Source of the DNA: Methanoregula sp. | GTDB lineage: Archaea > Halobacteriota > Methanomicrobia > Methanomicrobiales > Methanospirillaceae | Direction: 5' to 3' | DNA length: 64,000 nucleotides | NCBI GenBank assembly: GCA_039698055.1 | Contig: JBDKTL010000043.1 | Location: 1-64,000 of the forward strand | Part shown: positions 10,619 to 19,432 of the stretch, piece by piece | Layout: every line of letters starts with the position of its first letter | Numbering within the stretch: position 1 is the first letter of the stretch | Made by a program: the position numbers and the translations under genes | Notes under the pieces: model-generated | Told to the model about the DNA's origin: nothing | The model's database searches: none | Seen by the model: the letters and a program-made list of their open reading frames with translations, nothing else

Positions 10619-11219
10619 AACAGGAACACCTCGCCGCAGTAAATGAACGGGTTTTTTTGTCAAACATCAGGATGCACCCGGTTCTTTGCTCCCACACCAG
10701 GATCAGGGCAAGGACGTACCAGGGCACGAATGCAAATCCTGTTGCAAATGCGGGGAATGCCAGTGCACCTGCAATCGAAATAACCGCGAGTATTCCCCCG
10801 AGGATGATAATAAACCAACACGGAATTATACCGGCGATAAAGAATGAAATGATATAATCGCCCGGCCCGGTCTTTATGGTCATCCCTTTCACGAGCATCC
10901 CGAAACTGTTCCAGAGCCACGGTGCGAAGAATGCAAAGAATCCCAGTCCTGTGATCGTTCCAAGGATCAACATCAGCCTCGTGATATAGTCGGCCTGGAA
11001 AAACGCCACTGCGGGTATGGCAGCCAGAGTGAAAAAGACCGCCAGGAGCAGTACCTGGTTCCTGTACCGCTGCAACCTCCCGGCCGGTTGCGAGATTCCA
11101 TCCCGTTGTACCTGTATACAGTCCACGACTTCTTCATGCAGCTCTCGCGACGACTGCAACCGCATGGGGGCATTCGGGCACCAGCCGAGATGTCGTTTAA
11201 ATGCGTCAATCATGTACAT
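10605..11219 (-). CDS. GWCP-leader (DUF1673-like) membrane protein
   Basis: MYMIDAFKRHLGWCPNA, 4 TM; paralog of 11825-12418. Confidence 0.75.
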   Translation of the reverse strand: MYMIDAFKRHLGWCPNAPMRLQSSRELHEEVVDCIQVQRDGISQPAGRLQRYRNQVLLLAVFFTLAAIPAVAFFQADYITRLMLILGTITGLGFFAFFAPWLWNSFGMLVKGMTIKTGPGDYIISFFIAGIIPCWFIIILGGILAVISIAGALAFPAFATGFAFVPWYVLALILVWEQRTGCILMFDKKTRSFTAARCSCYAYH

Positions 11220-11817
11220 GTTCTGCCTCTTTTTCCAACCCGAGAGTCGTACCGTTATAGTGCAACTGACGATGAGTTTTCGATTCCCAGATCCCAACGC
11301 TGACAAGTATCCCCCACATGGAAGCCGCAACGAATCCTCCGGCAAAGGCTGTTGTCATTTTCAATGTAACACCGGGAAAAACCCCAAGAAGAACAAGTAC
11401 CGGAACAACGATGAATAAAACAGAGATAACAACCGATAGCGATCCGGAGATTTTGTCATAACGGTTCCAGAGAACCATCGGGCCATCGTGAAGCACTTTG
11501 TTGAATATATACCAGTACCAGATCCCAAAAATTGCCGATGTCGGTAATCCCACTACCAGACCAAGGATAAACAGGGAGATGGCGGACCATCCCCCAAAGT
11601 GTACAAACAACAGGTATCCAACGATAGAAAACCAGATGGCGAGCAGCAGCATCTGGTTCCGGAACAGGCCAAGCCAGTTCGTTGCTCGGGTTTTTAACGA
11701 TCCTTTTTGGGAAGAAGTTTCTGTCATAGGTTCCCGCTGAACCGGTGTGTTCAAAACCCGTGACTGTGCGTTCGGGCACCAGCCAACATAGTGTTTTATG
11801 GTCTCAACAATGTGCAT
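11206..11817 (-). CDS. GWCP-leader (DUF1673-like) membrane protein
   Basis: MHIVETIKHYVGWCPNA, 4 TM. Confidence 0.75.
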   Translation of the reverse strand: MHIVETIKHYVGWCPNAQSRVLNTPVQREPMTETSSQKGSLKTRATNWLGLFRNQMLLLAIWFSIVGYLLFVHFGGWSAISLFILGLVVGLPTSAIFGIWYWYIFNKVLHDGPMVLWNRYDKISGSLSVVISVLFIVVPVLVLLGVFPGVTLKMTTAFAGGFVAASMWGILVSVGIWESKTHRQLHYNGTTLGLEKEAEHVHD

Positions 11818-11824
11818 TTCCCGA

Positions 11825-12418
11825 TCACCTCGCTACAGTAACCAAAAAGGTTTTTTTATCGAAAACCAGGATATACCCGGTCCTCCGCTCCCAGAGCAGG
11901 ATCAGGATGAGAACGTACCATGGAATGAATGCGAACCCCACGGCAATCGCAGGGAGTTCCAGCGCGGTTTCGAGCGGGACGATCGAGAGCGATGCCATGA
12001 CAAGGAGCACGACAGCCGCCAGGATTACGCCGACAACGAAGAACAGGATTATATATCCCTCCGGCCCGGTCTTTTGCTTCTTCTCCTTCACGAGTGTCAG
12101 GTCGAAGCTGCACCAGAGCCGCCGGCCGGAGAATGCAAAGATCACCAGTCCTGCAATGATTCCGATATACACAGCACTCATGAAACCGAGAGCATAAAAA
12201 GATCCCATGAATGGGATGAAGGCAATGGTGTAAAAAACCGACCAGAGGAGTACCCGGTTCCGGTACCGGTTCAGCCATCCGCTGACTGCGGGCGTCCCGG
12301 TCGCGTCAGCTGGAGGATCAGCGGCGTTTTCATGAAGTACCGGCGCCAGTCGTTGCGGCACTGCGTGGACCTGCGGGCACCAGCCGAGATATTTCCGGAT
12401 TGTTTGTGCAAGCTGCAT
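11825..12418 (-). CDS. GWCP-leader (DUF1673-like) membrane protein
   Basis: MQLAQTIRKYLGWCPQ, 4 TM. Confidence 0.75.
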   Translation of the reverse strand: MQLAQTIRKYLGWCPQVHAVPQRLAPVLHENAADPPADATGTPAVSGWLNRYRNRVLLWSVFYTIAFIPFMGSFYALGFMSAVYIGIIAGLVIFAFSGRRLWCSFDLTLVKEKKQKTGPEGYIILFFVVGVILAAVVLLVMASLSIVPLETALELPAIAVGFAFIPWYVLILILLWERRTGYILVFDKKTFLVTVAR

Positions 12419-12420
12419 GT

Positions 12421-13179
12421 TCAGACCGCCCCCCCACGCCACTTCGACAACATTTCAGATATGTTGCTGGGATCCTCGACATACAGTCCGAAGATTTTTT
12501 TGTCGTTTGTCGATATCGCAAGTACCTGGGAATAGTGCGATCGGATATACCCGTGATAGAACAACAATCCGAAAAACACGATCACCGCAAGATAGTACAC
12601 CACGAAAACACTGAGAGAGATCCGTGAAATAATTCGTGGGATAAGGAGTGAATTCCCGCCGAACAGAACAGAGGGTATAATACCGGCAAAAAAGATTACC
12701 ATTGCCCCACGGAAAAACCACCGGTGCGTGTGATGGATATTTTTTCGGACATCGATGGTTGTTATCGTGTCTTTTGGGATGATGACGGACTTTGAGAGAG
12801 GCTGCCAGACGGTGATAGATTCCGGGGTAAATTCGATTATCGCTTTTTTAATATCCTGGTGAACCATCCGCACGGCAACAACGAGTATGAAGACACTCAG
12901 CATCAGCATTCCAAGAGAAGACCAGGTTTCAAAAAGGTTGTATCTCATGATAACGAACAATCCCGCGATCGTTCCGCCGAGGATAATGGCAAAGAGGCGT
13001 ATCGACATTCCGGTTGATCCGTAATCCAGGATCACATCCTGCATCGTATATCCACGTTCGCCGACAGGTATCGACATCACGGGATTGGCTGCCCGAATGG
13101 TTCTGGAATGTGTCGCCATCATCCTGTCCGGGCACCAGCCAAGCCATCCGTGGATAACTTCAGAAATCCGGGTGATCAT
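12421..13179 (-). CDS. GWCP-leader (DUF1673-like) membrane protein
   Basis: MITRISEVIHGWLGWCPD; TM pairs flanking a soluble beta-rich segment. Confidence 0.75.
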   Translation of the reverse strand: MITRISEVIHGWLGWCPDRMMATHSRTIRAANPVMSIPVGERGYTMQDVILDYGSTGMSIRLFAIILGGTIAGLFVIMRYNLFETWSSLGMLMLSVFILVVAVRMVHQDIKKAIIEFTPESITVWQPLSKSVIIPKDTITTIDVRKNIHHTHRWFFRGAMVIFFAGIIPSVLFGGNSLLIPRIISRISLSVFVVYYLAVIVFFGLLFYHGYIRSHYSQVLAISTNDKKIFGLYVEDPSNISEMLSKWRGGAV

Positions 13180-14180
13180 GCTAGAGCCCCATCTACCGTT
13201 TTTCCTTCAAACACCGGTGATATTGTCCCGGTCTTTCCATAGGTATAGAGGCCCAATGTGGCAATACCCACGATGGTCGAGCCGATGAACAGGATAACGA
13301 GCATTACCAGCATGTACAGGACAACCGCGACCCCGACCATCCCCGGATTCCCGGAAGAAAAACCGATAATGGATATAGGTACCATCGCAAGGAGCATTAT
13401 CCCAAAAACGATCAGGAAAAAAATACCTGCACAGACGATAACCTCTCCCCACAACTTCCGGACCATCGAGAACGATGTCCTGAGTGCAGGGATCAGACCT
13501 TCATCGTTCAGGACAATGGCCGGGACAACAAACATCGTAAGAATACCAAAAACAATTGTCGCCGCCGTTGAGAGGAGGATAATGGGGATACTGGCTGTGT
13601 AACTATTTGTGATATAGGTGAGTGCGATTCCCGCAAGAGCCCCGATAACCGCCCAGCCTGCAAGAGGCAGGATATGATCTCCCGCCCGGGACAGACCTTC
13701 CCACGGGGTGATCGTTTTCCCGGAAATGAAATAAGAGACACACGTGACCAGACCTCCCAGCAGATAAACCGTGAGGAGCATGGTGACAAGCGCCAGGGTA
13801 AATGTCAGGACAAACCACGGGATAGAGCCCTGTACAACCAGAATTGTTTTAGGAACCGTGACAAGCCCGGTTCCCGAAAACGGGTTGGTTCCGGAATACA
13901 GCTGGATGAGCAGGTTTGTCGCGATACTGAACAGCATGACAAGACCGGTCATGAGCGAGAACCAGAACAGCCGTTTATTCCCAAACAGGAGTCTTATACT
14001 TCCCACAGCCAGCCGGAATCCCCGGTCAATCCGTCCCGATCCCCCGGCGCCACCATCCTGCTGTGTCGGGGATATCGTTACCGGCGGGGTAGAAATAATG
14101 GCCGGTCTGGGGTTAAGTGTCCCTGCGTTCGGGCACCAGCCAAGCCATCCGCGAATAACTTCAGAAATACGTACGGTCAT
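13176..14180 (-). CDS. GWCP-leader multi-pass membrane protein
   Basis: MTVRISEVIRGWLGWCPNA; ~6 TM; body unrelated to the other five. Confidence 0.75.
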   Translation of the reverse strand: MTVRISEVIRGWLGWCPNAGTLNPRPAIISTPPVTISPTQQDGGAGGSGRIDRGFRLAVGSIRLLFGNKRLFWFSLMTGLVMLFSIATNLLIQLYSGTNPFSGTGLVTVPKTILVVQGSIPWFVLTFTLALVTMLLTVYLLGGLVTCVSYFISGKTITPWEGLSRAGDHILPLAGWAVIGALAGIALTYITNSYTASIPIILLSTAATIVFGILTMFVVPAIVLNDEGLIPALRTSFSMVRKLWGEVIVCAGIFFLIVFGIMLLAMVPISIIGFSSGNPGMVGVAVVLYMLVMLVILFIGSTIVGIATLGLYTYGKTGTISPVFEGKTVDGALA

Positions 14181-14623
14181 GCAATCTCCTTTACTTTGGT
14201 AAAGAGTTCTTCTGCCATTTTCGTCGGGTCGGCAGTCTTCTCGATCCGAATACCGAGTTCAGCTGCATAATCCCAGAGCAGTTCGATACATTCCGTATAT
14301 CTCTGGCATGTGCCGCAGTCGCCCTCGTGTTCGTACCAGACCTGCATGCCATGTTTCTCAGAGACAAAGATGATCGCGGTTGTCCGAAACGGCATGGAAC
14401 GCCCGATCAGGATACCCCGCTCCGCATTAATCTTCTCAACGGAGATCTGGTTTGCCTGCGCCATTTCGCACAGCGTGGAGCCGATCTTCTCGTCCATAAG
14501 GAGCAGGGCCCGCGAGACTGCCTGCCGTGAGATGCCCAAAAGGTTTGCTATCGTAATGTTGGGCATGCCGCTGCGCCGCATCTTCCAGAACCCGAACTGC
14601 TTGTCGTTCGTTGGTAGGAGCAT
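14177..14623 (-). CDS. HTH transcriptional regulator with C-terminal Cys cluster
   Basis: ITIANLLGISRQAVSRAL HTH; HEGDCGTCQRYTEC. Confidence 0.75.
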   Translation of the reverse strand: MLLPTNDKQFGFWKMRRSGMPNITIANLLGISRQAVSRALLLMDEKIGSTLCEMAQANQISVEKINAERGILIGRSMPFRTTAIIFVSEKHGMQVWYEHEGDCGTCQRYTECIELLWDYAAELGIRIEKTADPTKMAEELFTKVKEIA

Positions 14624-14625
14624 GT

Positions 14626-14653
14626 GTCAACGTAAGAGTGTTGACTATATAAA
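14626..14653 (-). promoter_or_regulatory. TATA box (TTTATATA) and palindromic operator GTCAAC-N8-GTTGAC of the GWCP operon
   Basis: + strand GTCAAC 14626-31, GTTGAC 14640-45, TATATAAA 14646-53; ATG at 14623. Confidence 0.65.
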
Positions 14654-14811
14654 TTTTCCGGGAAATCCAGGAACGGCAGGGGACAGTTCACCGGCGAAAA
14701 ATATACCTGAAACGCAATTTTTTTAGGCAGCACGACCTGCCACCCGTACCTGACGTTTTTTTTAGCCCCGGCAAAAAGTACCCGGTTAAAAAAGATTTAA
14801 TGGATACGATA

Positions 14812-15336
14812 TTACCGGTCCTTGAACTTCTCAACGACACGGACATTGTCGCCGCGAACCGTGATCGGGATCGGGACGACGCTTTCGTAGAGTTCGACCG
14901 TGATCTCTTCTTTCTGCGAATCGACGCGCTTGACCACCGCTTTCTCGCCCTTGAAGGGCCCGGCGATCAGTTCGACAATCGTGCCCTCGTCAATACCGGA
15001 CACGACCGGCTTGGGGATGAGGAAATGCCCGACTTCGGCAAGACTCGTCTCACCCTTGACGACGACACGCGCATGGGCGATGATCTCGACGAGCTGCTCG
15101 ATCCGGTTCATCTTTTCCGGCGTCTCGACTAAGACGTAGCCCTGGAGCTCGTTTGGCACGATGATCGACGACACTTTGATATCCACGGCTTTTGTTTCAA
15201 TCGCCTTGAGGATATTATCCGCTACCGTACGTTCCTGCTTGGATGTGGTCTTGATCGCAAAGATCCGGTTGTTGAAGACCTCGGGTTCCGCGGGAGTCTG
15301 CGGTGCCGCTGCCCCGGGGTGCGCCTGTTCGGTCAT
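14812..15336 (-). CDS. spt5: Transcription elongation factor Spt5/NusG
   Basis: NGN domain plus KOW (GTIVELIAGPFKGEKAVV). Confidence 0.95.
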   Translation of the reverse strand: MTEQAHPGAAAPQTPAEPEVFNNRIFAIKTTSKQERTVADNILKAIETKAVDIKVSSIIVPNELQGYVLVETPEKMNRIEQLVEIIAHARVVVKGETSLAEVGHFLIPKPVVSGIDEGTIVELIAGPFKGEKAVVKRVDSQKEEITVELYESVVPIPITVRGDNVRVVEKFKDR

Positions 15337-15348
15337 AAGCGATCAGGA

Positions 15349-15555
15349 TTAGAAACCCAGCAGTTTCTTGTGTTCGAAAAATACGTAGATGACAAATCCG
15401 ATCAGGCCGACAAGCAGGACGCCGGCAGCCGCAACGGTCGCAATCTTGGAGAACTCCTCACGGGTGGGAGTGCGCGCGAGTTTCAGGACACGGAAATATT
15501 TGCGGAATAACTCCTCGTGCACGTCTACTTTGATATCAGGTTTTGAAATTTCCAT
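15349..15555 (-). CDS. secE: Protein translocase SecE/Sec61-gamma
   Basis: YFRVLKLARTPTREEF plus TM; ftsZ-secE-spt5 synteny. Confidence 0.9.
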   Translation of the reverse strand: MEISKPDIKVDVHEELFRKYFRVLKLARTPTREEFSKIATVAAAGVLLVGLIGFVIYVFFEHKKLLGF

Positions 15556-15561
15556 ATGCGC

Positions 15562-16653
15562 TCACTTGAGAAAATCGATCTCAAACTGTTTCTGAACTTT
15601 TGGGGTAAGCTTCTCATTACGACCATATATTTGTGGCGACCGTACGCCCGTGACTACCAGCAGTGTCCGCATTTTTCCGGACATTTCGGGATCGACCTGC
15701 GCTCCCCAGATGATACGCGCATTGGGATCGACCCGGTTATAGACTTCCTGCACGACACCCTCCGCTTCGAGCATCGTCATGTCCGGGCCGCCCACCACAT
15801 TGACAAGGGCCGCGGTCGCGCCGGAAATATCCACATCCAGAAGCGGGGACCGGATTGCCTTCTTGACGGAATCAGCCGCCTTGTCCTCGCTGTCACTCTC
15901 TCCCATCCCGATCATGGCAACGCCGCCACGCTCCATGACCGTGCGGACATCGGCAAAGTCGAGGTTCACGAGACCCGGCATCGTGATGAGCTCGGTAATC
16001 CCCTTGACGGCCCGCATCAGCACTTCGTCGGCGATCTTGAACGCCGCGTGCAGCGGCAGCTTGGGCACCACTTCGAGCAGCCGGTCATTGGGCACAACAA
16101 TGACCGTGTCTGCCACATCGCGCAGGCGCTCTAAGCCGGCCTCCGCATTCTCCATGCGGATCGCTCCTTCCGAAGCAAACGGCAGGGTGGTCACGGCAAT
16201 GGTCAGGGCACCTTCTTCCCGCGCCGCCTTTGCAACGACCGGTGCACAGCCGGTACCGGTACCGCCACCCAGCCCGACCGTGATAAAGACCATGTCGCAG
16301 CCGGAGACGATTGCCCGTATCTCCTGCTCGTTTTCAAGAGCTGCTTCCTCGCCGATCTGCGGGATGGAGCCGGCTCCGAGGCCTCTTGTCCGCTGCCGGC
16401 CGATCAGGATTCGCTGGTCGGCATGGGTGCGGATAAGGTGCTGGGCGTCCGTATTGATGGCCACCAGTTTGGCGCCGTGGATACCCTCTTCCATCATACG
16501 GGTAATCGTATTGGATCCGGCGCCCCCGCAGCCGATCACCCTGATCTCGGTCTTGAGCTCGCTCAAGATCTGGTCAAGGTCTTCATTATTCTGGGTAACG
16601 GACGGAGTTGTGTCCATCGCCTTCGTGAGTGCCTCTTCAACAATTGACCTCAT
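15562..16653 (-). CDS. ftsZ: Cell division GTPase FtsZ
   Basis: [22 protein letters not shown]. Confidence 0.97.
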   Translation of the reverse strand: MRSIVEEALTKAMDTTPSVTQNNEDLDQILSELKTEIRVIGCGGAGSNTITRMMEEGIHGAKLVAINTDAQHLIRTHADQRILIGRQRTRGLGAGSIPQIGEEAALENEQEIRAIVSGCDMVFITVGLGGGTGTGCAPVVAKAAREEGALTIAVTTLPFASEGAIRMENAEAGLERLRDVADTVIVVPNDRLLEVVPKLPLHAAFKIADEVLMRAVKGITELITMPGLVNLDFADVRTVMERGGVAMIGMGESDSEDKAADSVKKAIRSPLLDVDISGATAALVNVVGGPDMTMLEAEGVVQEVYNRVDPNARIIWGAQVDPEMSGKMRTLLVVTGVRSPQIYGRNEKLTPKVQKQFEIDFLK

Positions 16654-17963
16654 GTATAGTTCTCCAATCCCGGGATGTGGATTTTACTATCACGTTCAGA
16701 CGCCACCATGGCGGGCGTGATTACCTGACCGTTGATCTCAACCGGCTGGCCCGCAGCCAGTTGCTTGTAAGCAGGCCCGGCCGTGATCCCCAGATCGCGC
16801 GCTTTTTGGGGATCGAACCGGACCTTATGGATGATCAGGAAATCTTTCTCCGTTGCAGTGATCTCCTTACTACGTATGATTTTTACGCACAACGTATTTA
16901 AAGCATTTATTATTTGCGATGAATACTGGCTATACGTGACAAAAACGGGAAGCAAACGGTTTTCATTCGAGGAAATATGCACAACGGGAAGATCGCAAAG
17001 TCCCCGTATAAATGCCGGTTCGTCAGATTTTACAGTAAATGCGACGAGATCCGGGTTGATGTTCACGGTAACCGGGGCGCCGTCCCCGGCGAGGGCGTGG
17101 ACATAACACCGGGCGCCGGGGGAAACCTGCCCGGCTATTTCCCGCACGGCCCGGTACGATTCCCACGGGAGGTGTCCCATCGCGGCAATCTCGCTTTCCG
17201 AGAGCCGCATCAGGGAAACTGCGTCAAGGATACCAGCCAGCCGGGCAAAAGCTGCATGATCGAGCGCTTTGCGGTCGATGTACGCCGCAACCGCCCCGGT
17301 CTTTTCCACCATCGACCGGACCATCGCCTCATCGATGGTGGCAATCTCGCGGGTGTGGGCGATATGCCCAAATGCCCCCCGTGAAGAGAGCGCGATCTCG
17401 GTTTCCCGTGCTGCGTAATGCGTGCCGCCAAAGCCGATCAGCGGGACGCCCTCAGCAAGGGTTGCACCGAGCACGGCTTCTGCCACGGCACGGCCAGCCG
17501 CCGGGTCTGACCATTCCTTTTCCGTGCTCCCGATCTCGACAAAGAACGAGGGATGGCACAACCCGGTCGGCCCATGGTGCGTCACTTCGTAGGAGACCCG
17601 GTACCCTTCGGGACAGTGCCGGGCGAGCGCCCGCAGGGTTGCCTGCATCATCACGGGCGCTGCCGGGGCAAGTGTCCGGGCGGTGCCGCCAAGTGCTGCC
17701 TCACTGAAATTCCCGGTCACGTGAACCGTGAGGATCGGCACCGGGTTGACACTCGAATGACGGGACAGGAAGATCACGAGATCGGCATCGATCCCGGCGT
17801 CCACATTTTCCGCATGGATCAGCCGGCCTTCCACGTCAAAAAATTCATAGGTGCGGCCTTTACCGTCAGATGCACCCGCCCGTTCGGACAGGCACTGTTC
17901 GATATAGTGCCTGATGTTTTTTCCCGCCATATCCTGCCGGGAATTGATCAGGGCGACCTTCAT
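16650..17963 (-). CDS. dtdA: D-aminoacyl-tRNA deacylase (archaeal DTD2)
   Basis: [36 protein letters not shown]. Confidence 0.9.
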   Translation of the reverse strand: MKVALINSRQDMAGKNIRHYIEQCLSERAGASDGKGRTYEFFDVEGRLIHAENVDAGIDADLVIFLSRHSSVNPVPILTVHVTGNFSEAALGGTARTLAPAAPVMMQATLRALARHCPEGYRVSYEVTHHGPTGLCHPSFFVEIGSTEKEWSDPAAGRAVAEAVLGATLAEGVPLIGFGGTHYAARETEIALSSRGAFGHIAHTREIATIDEAMVRSMVEKTGAVAAYIDRKALDHAAFARLAGILDAVSLMRLSESEIAAMGHLPWESYRAVREIAGQVSPGARCYVHALAGDGAPVTVNINPDLVAFTVKSDEPAFIRGLCDLPVVHISSNENRLLPVFVTYSQYSSQIINALNTLCVKIIRSKEITATEKDFLIIHKVRFDPQKARDLGITAGPAYKQLAAGQPVEINGQVITPAMVASERDSKIHIPGLENYT

Positions 17964-18053
17964 AGATCCCGTATACGCTCTATTCATGAAATAAGCCTCG
18001 CGATCGTGCAGGATACGTAAACACTATGATGGAGGACACATCACATTGTTACC

Positions 18054-18230
18054 ATGGACACCGCAAAAATAGAGAAGGCATTCAAAGAAGCAGGCATCGA
18101 AAAAGTTCTCACCTGCCCGCAGGCATTTGCCATTTCAGAGAAGCACAAGATACCAAAGATAGAGATCAGCGAGTACTGCAACTCACACGCGATCAAGATT
18201 CGCGGCTGCCAGTTGGGCTGCTTCAAATGA
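18054..18230 (+). CDS. Small Cys-rich protein (58 aa) ending KIRGCQLGCFK, coupled to moeA
   Basis: Manual translation MDTAKIEKAFKEAGIEKVLTCPQAFAISEKHKIPKIEISEYCNSHAIKIRGCQLGCFK; ATGA overlap with moeA; missing from the ORF track. Confidence 0.75.
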   Translation: MDTAKIEKAFKEAGIEKVLTCPQAFAISEKHKIPKIEISEYCNSHAIKIRGCQLGCFK

Positions 18231-19432
18231 GTCTATTTTTACAGGTCGTTTCTGTTTCCGATGCTATCGCTGCGGTGCGACGGATTGCCGTGCCGGCAGG
18301 GACCGAAAAAGTCCCCCTTACCGATGCACTTCACCGGGTGCTGGCAGAAGATGTGCACGCGGATGTGGATATCCCGGGATTTACCCGGTCGGTCATGGAC
18401 GGGTATGCGGTGCGGGCGGCAGATACGGTTGGCGCCAGCGACGGGATACCTTCCATGCTCACGTTCCGGGGCAGGGTTGCAATGGGCGCTTCCCCGGATC
18501 AAGCGGTCAGGCCGGGGGAATGCATCTACGTGCCGACGGGCGGGATCCTTCCCGAAGGTGCAGATGCGATGGTGATGATCGAGAATACCGAACTGTTCGG
18601 CGATGACGTGCTCGTGAAAAAACCCGCCGCCCACGGGGAGAACGTTCTTTTTTACAACGAAGATTTTTCCCGGGGGGAAACGGCGCTCGAAAAAGGCCGC
18701 CGCCTGTCGGCACAGGACATGGGCGTTCTTGCAGCGGTCGGATACACTAGTGTACCTGTCACCTGTATGCCCCGGGTCGGGATCATATCGACCGGCAATG
18801 AACTGGTCCCGGTCGAAGAAGTCCCCGCAACCGGGCAGGTGCGGGATGTCAATACGTACGTGGTCTCGTCGTTTGTCCGCGAACACGGGTGTGTGCCGGT
18901 CATTTACGGCATCATCAGGGATAACCGGGATGCGTTCCGGACAACTCTTTTCAAAGCCGCACAGGAGTGCGACGCGGTGCTGATCTCGGGGGGGAGTTCA
19001 AAAGATGACCGGGATATGGCCGCCGCGATCATTGCCGAACAGGGCGAGGTGCTGATCCACGGTGTTGCCATTGCCCCGGGAAAACCCACCATCATCGGGA
19101 GGTGCGGCACCGTCCCGGTTCTCGGGCTTCCCGGCCATCCCGCTTCTGCATTTATCGTGCTGCTCGTGATCGGCCGGCACCTGCTCGCGGGCATGACCGG
19201 GCTATCAGATACCGGTGCCCAAACGGTGCCGGCGAAACTCTCGCTCAATATACCGTCAACAAAAGGCCGGGAGGATTATATCCGGGTCGCCCTCAGGGAC
19301 GGGATTGCCACGCCGCTCTTTGGCAAATCGGGACTGCTCAACACGCTCGTGCGGAGCAACGGCCTTGTCCGGGTTCCGGCAGGGAGCGAGGGGCTGGAAA
19401 CCGGCGAGGTCGTGGACGTGATCCTTTGGTAA
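18227..19432 (+). CDS. moeA: Molybdopterin molybdotransferase MoeA
   Basis: SVMDGYAV, TGGILPEGADA, STGNEL, PGKPT, GLPGHP. Confidence 0.93.
   Translation: MSLFLQVVSVSDAIAAVRRIAVPAGTEKVPLTDALHRVLAEDVHADVDIPGFTRSVMDGYAVRAADTVGASDGIPSMLTFRGRVAMGASPDQAVRPGECIYVPTGGILPEGADAMVMIENTELFGDDVLVKKPAAHGENVLFYNEDFSRGETALEKGRRLSAQDMGVLAAVGYTSVPVTCMPRVGIISTGNELVPVEEVPATGQVRDVNTYVVSSFVREHGCVPVIYGIIRDNRDAFRTTLFKAAQECDAVLISGGSSKDDRDMAAAIIAEQGEVLIHGVAIAPGKPTIIGRCGTVPVLGLPGHPASAFIVLLVIGRHLLAGMTGLSDTGAQTVPAKLSLNIPSTKGREDYIRVALRDGIATPLFGKSGLLNTLVRSNGLVRVPAGSEGLETGEVVDVILW

Noticed and set aside
18026-18226. Extended N-terminus of moeA (and 19102-19425 for the second moeA)
   Set aside because: Overlaps the real upstream genes; MoeA similarity begins at 18227 and 19426
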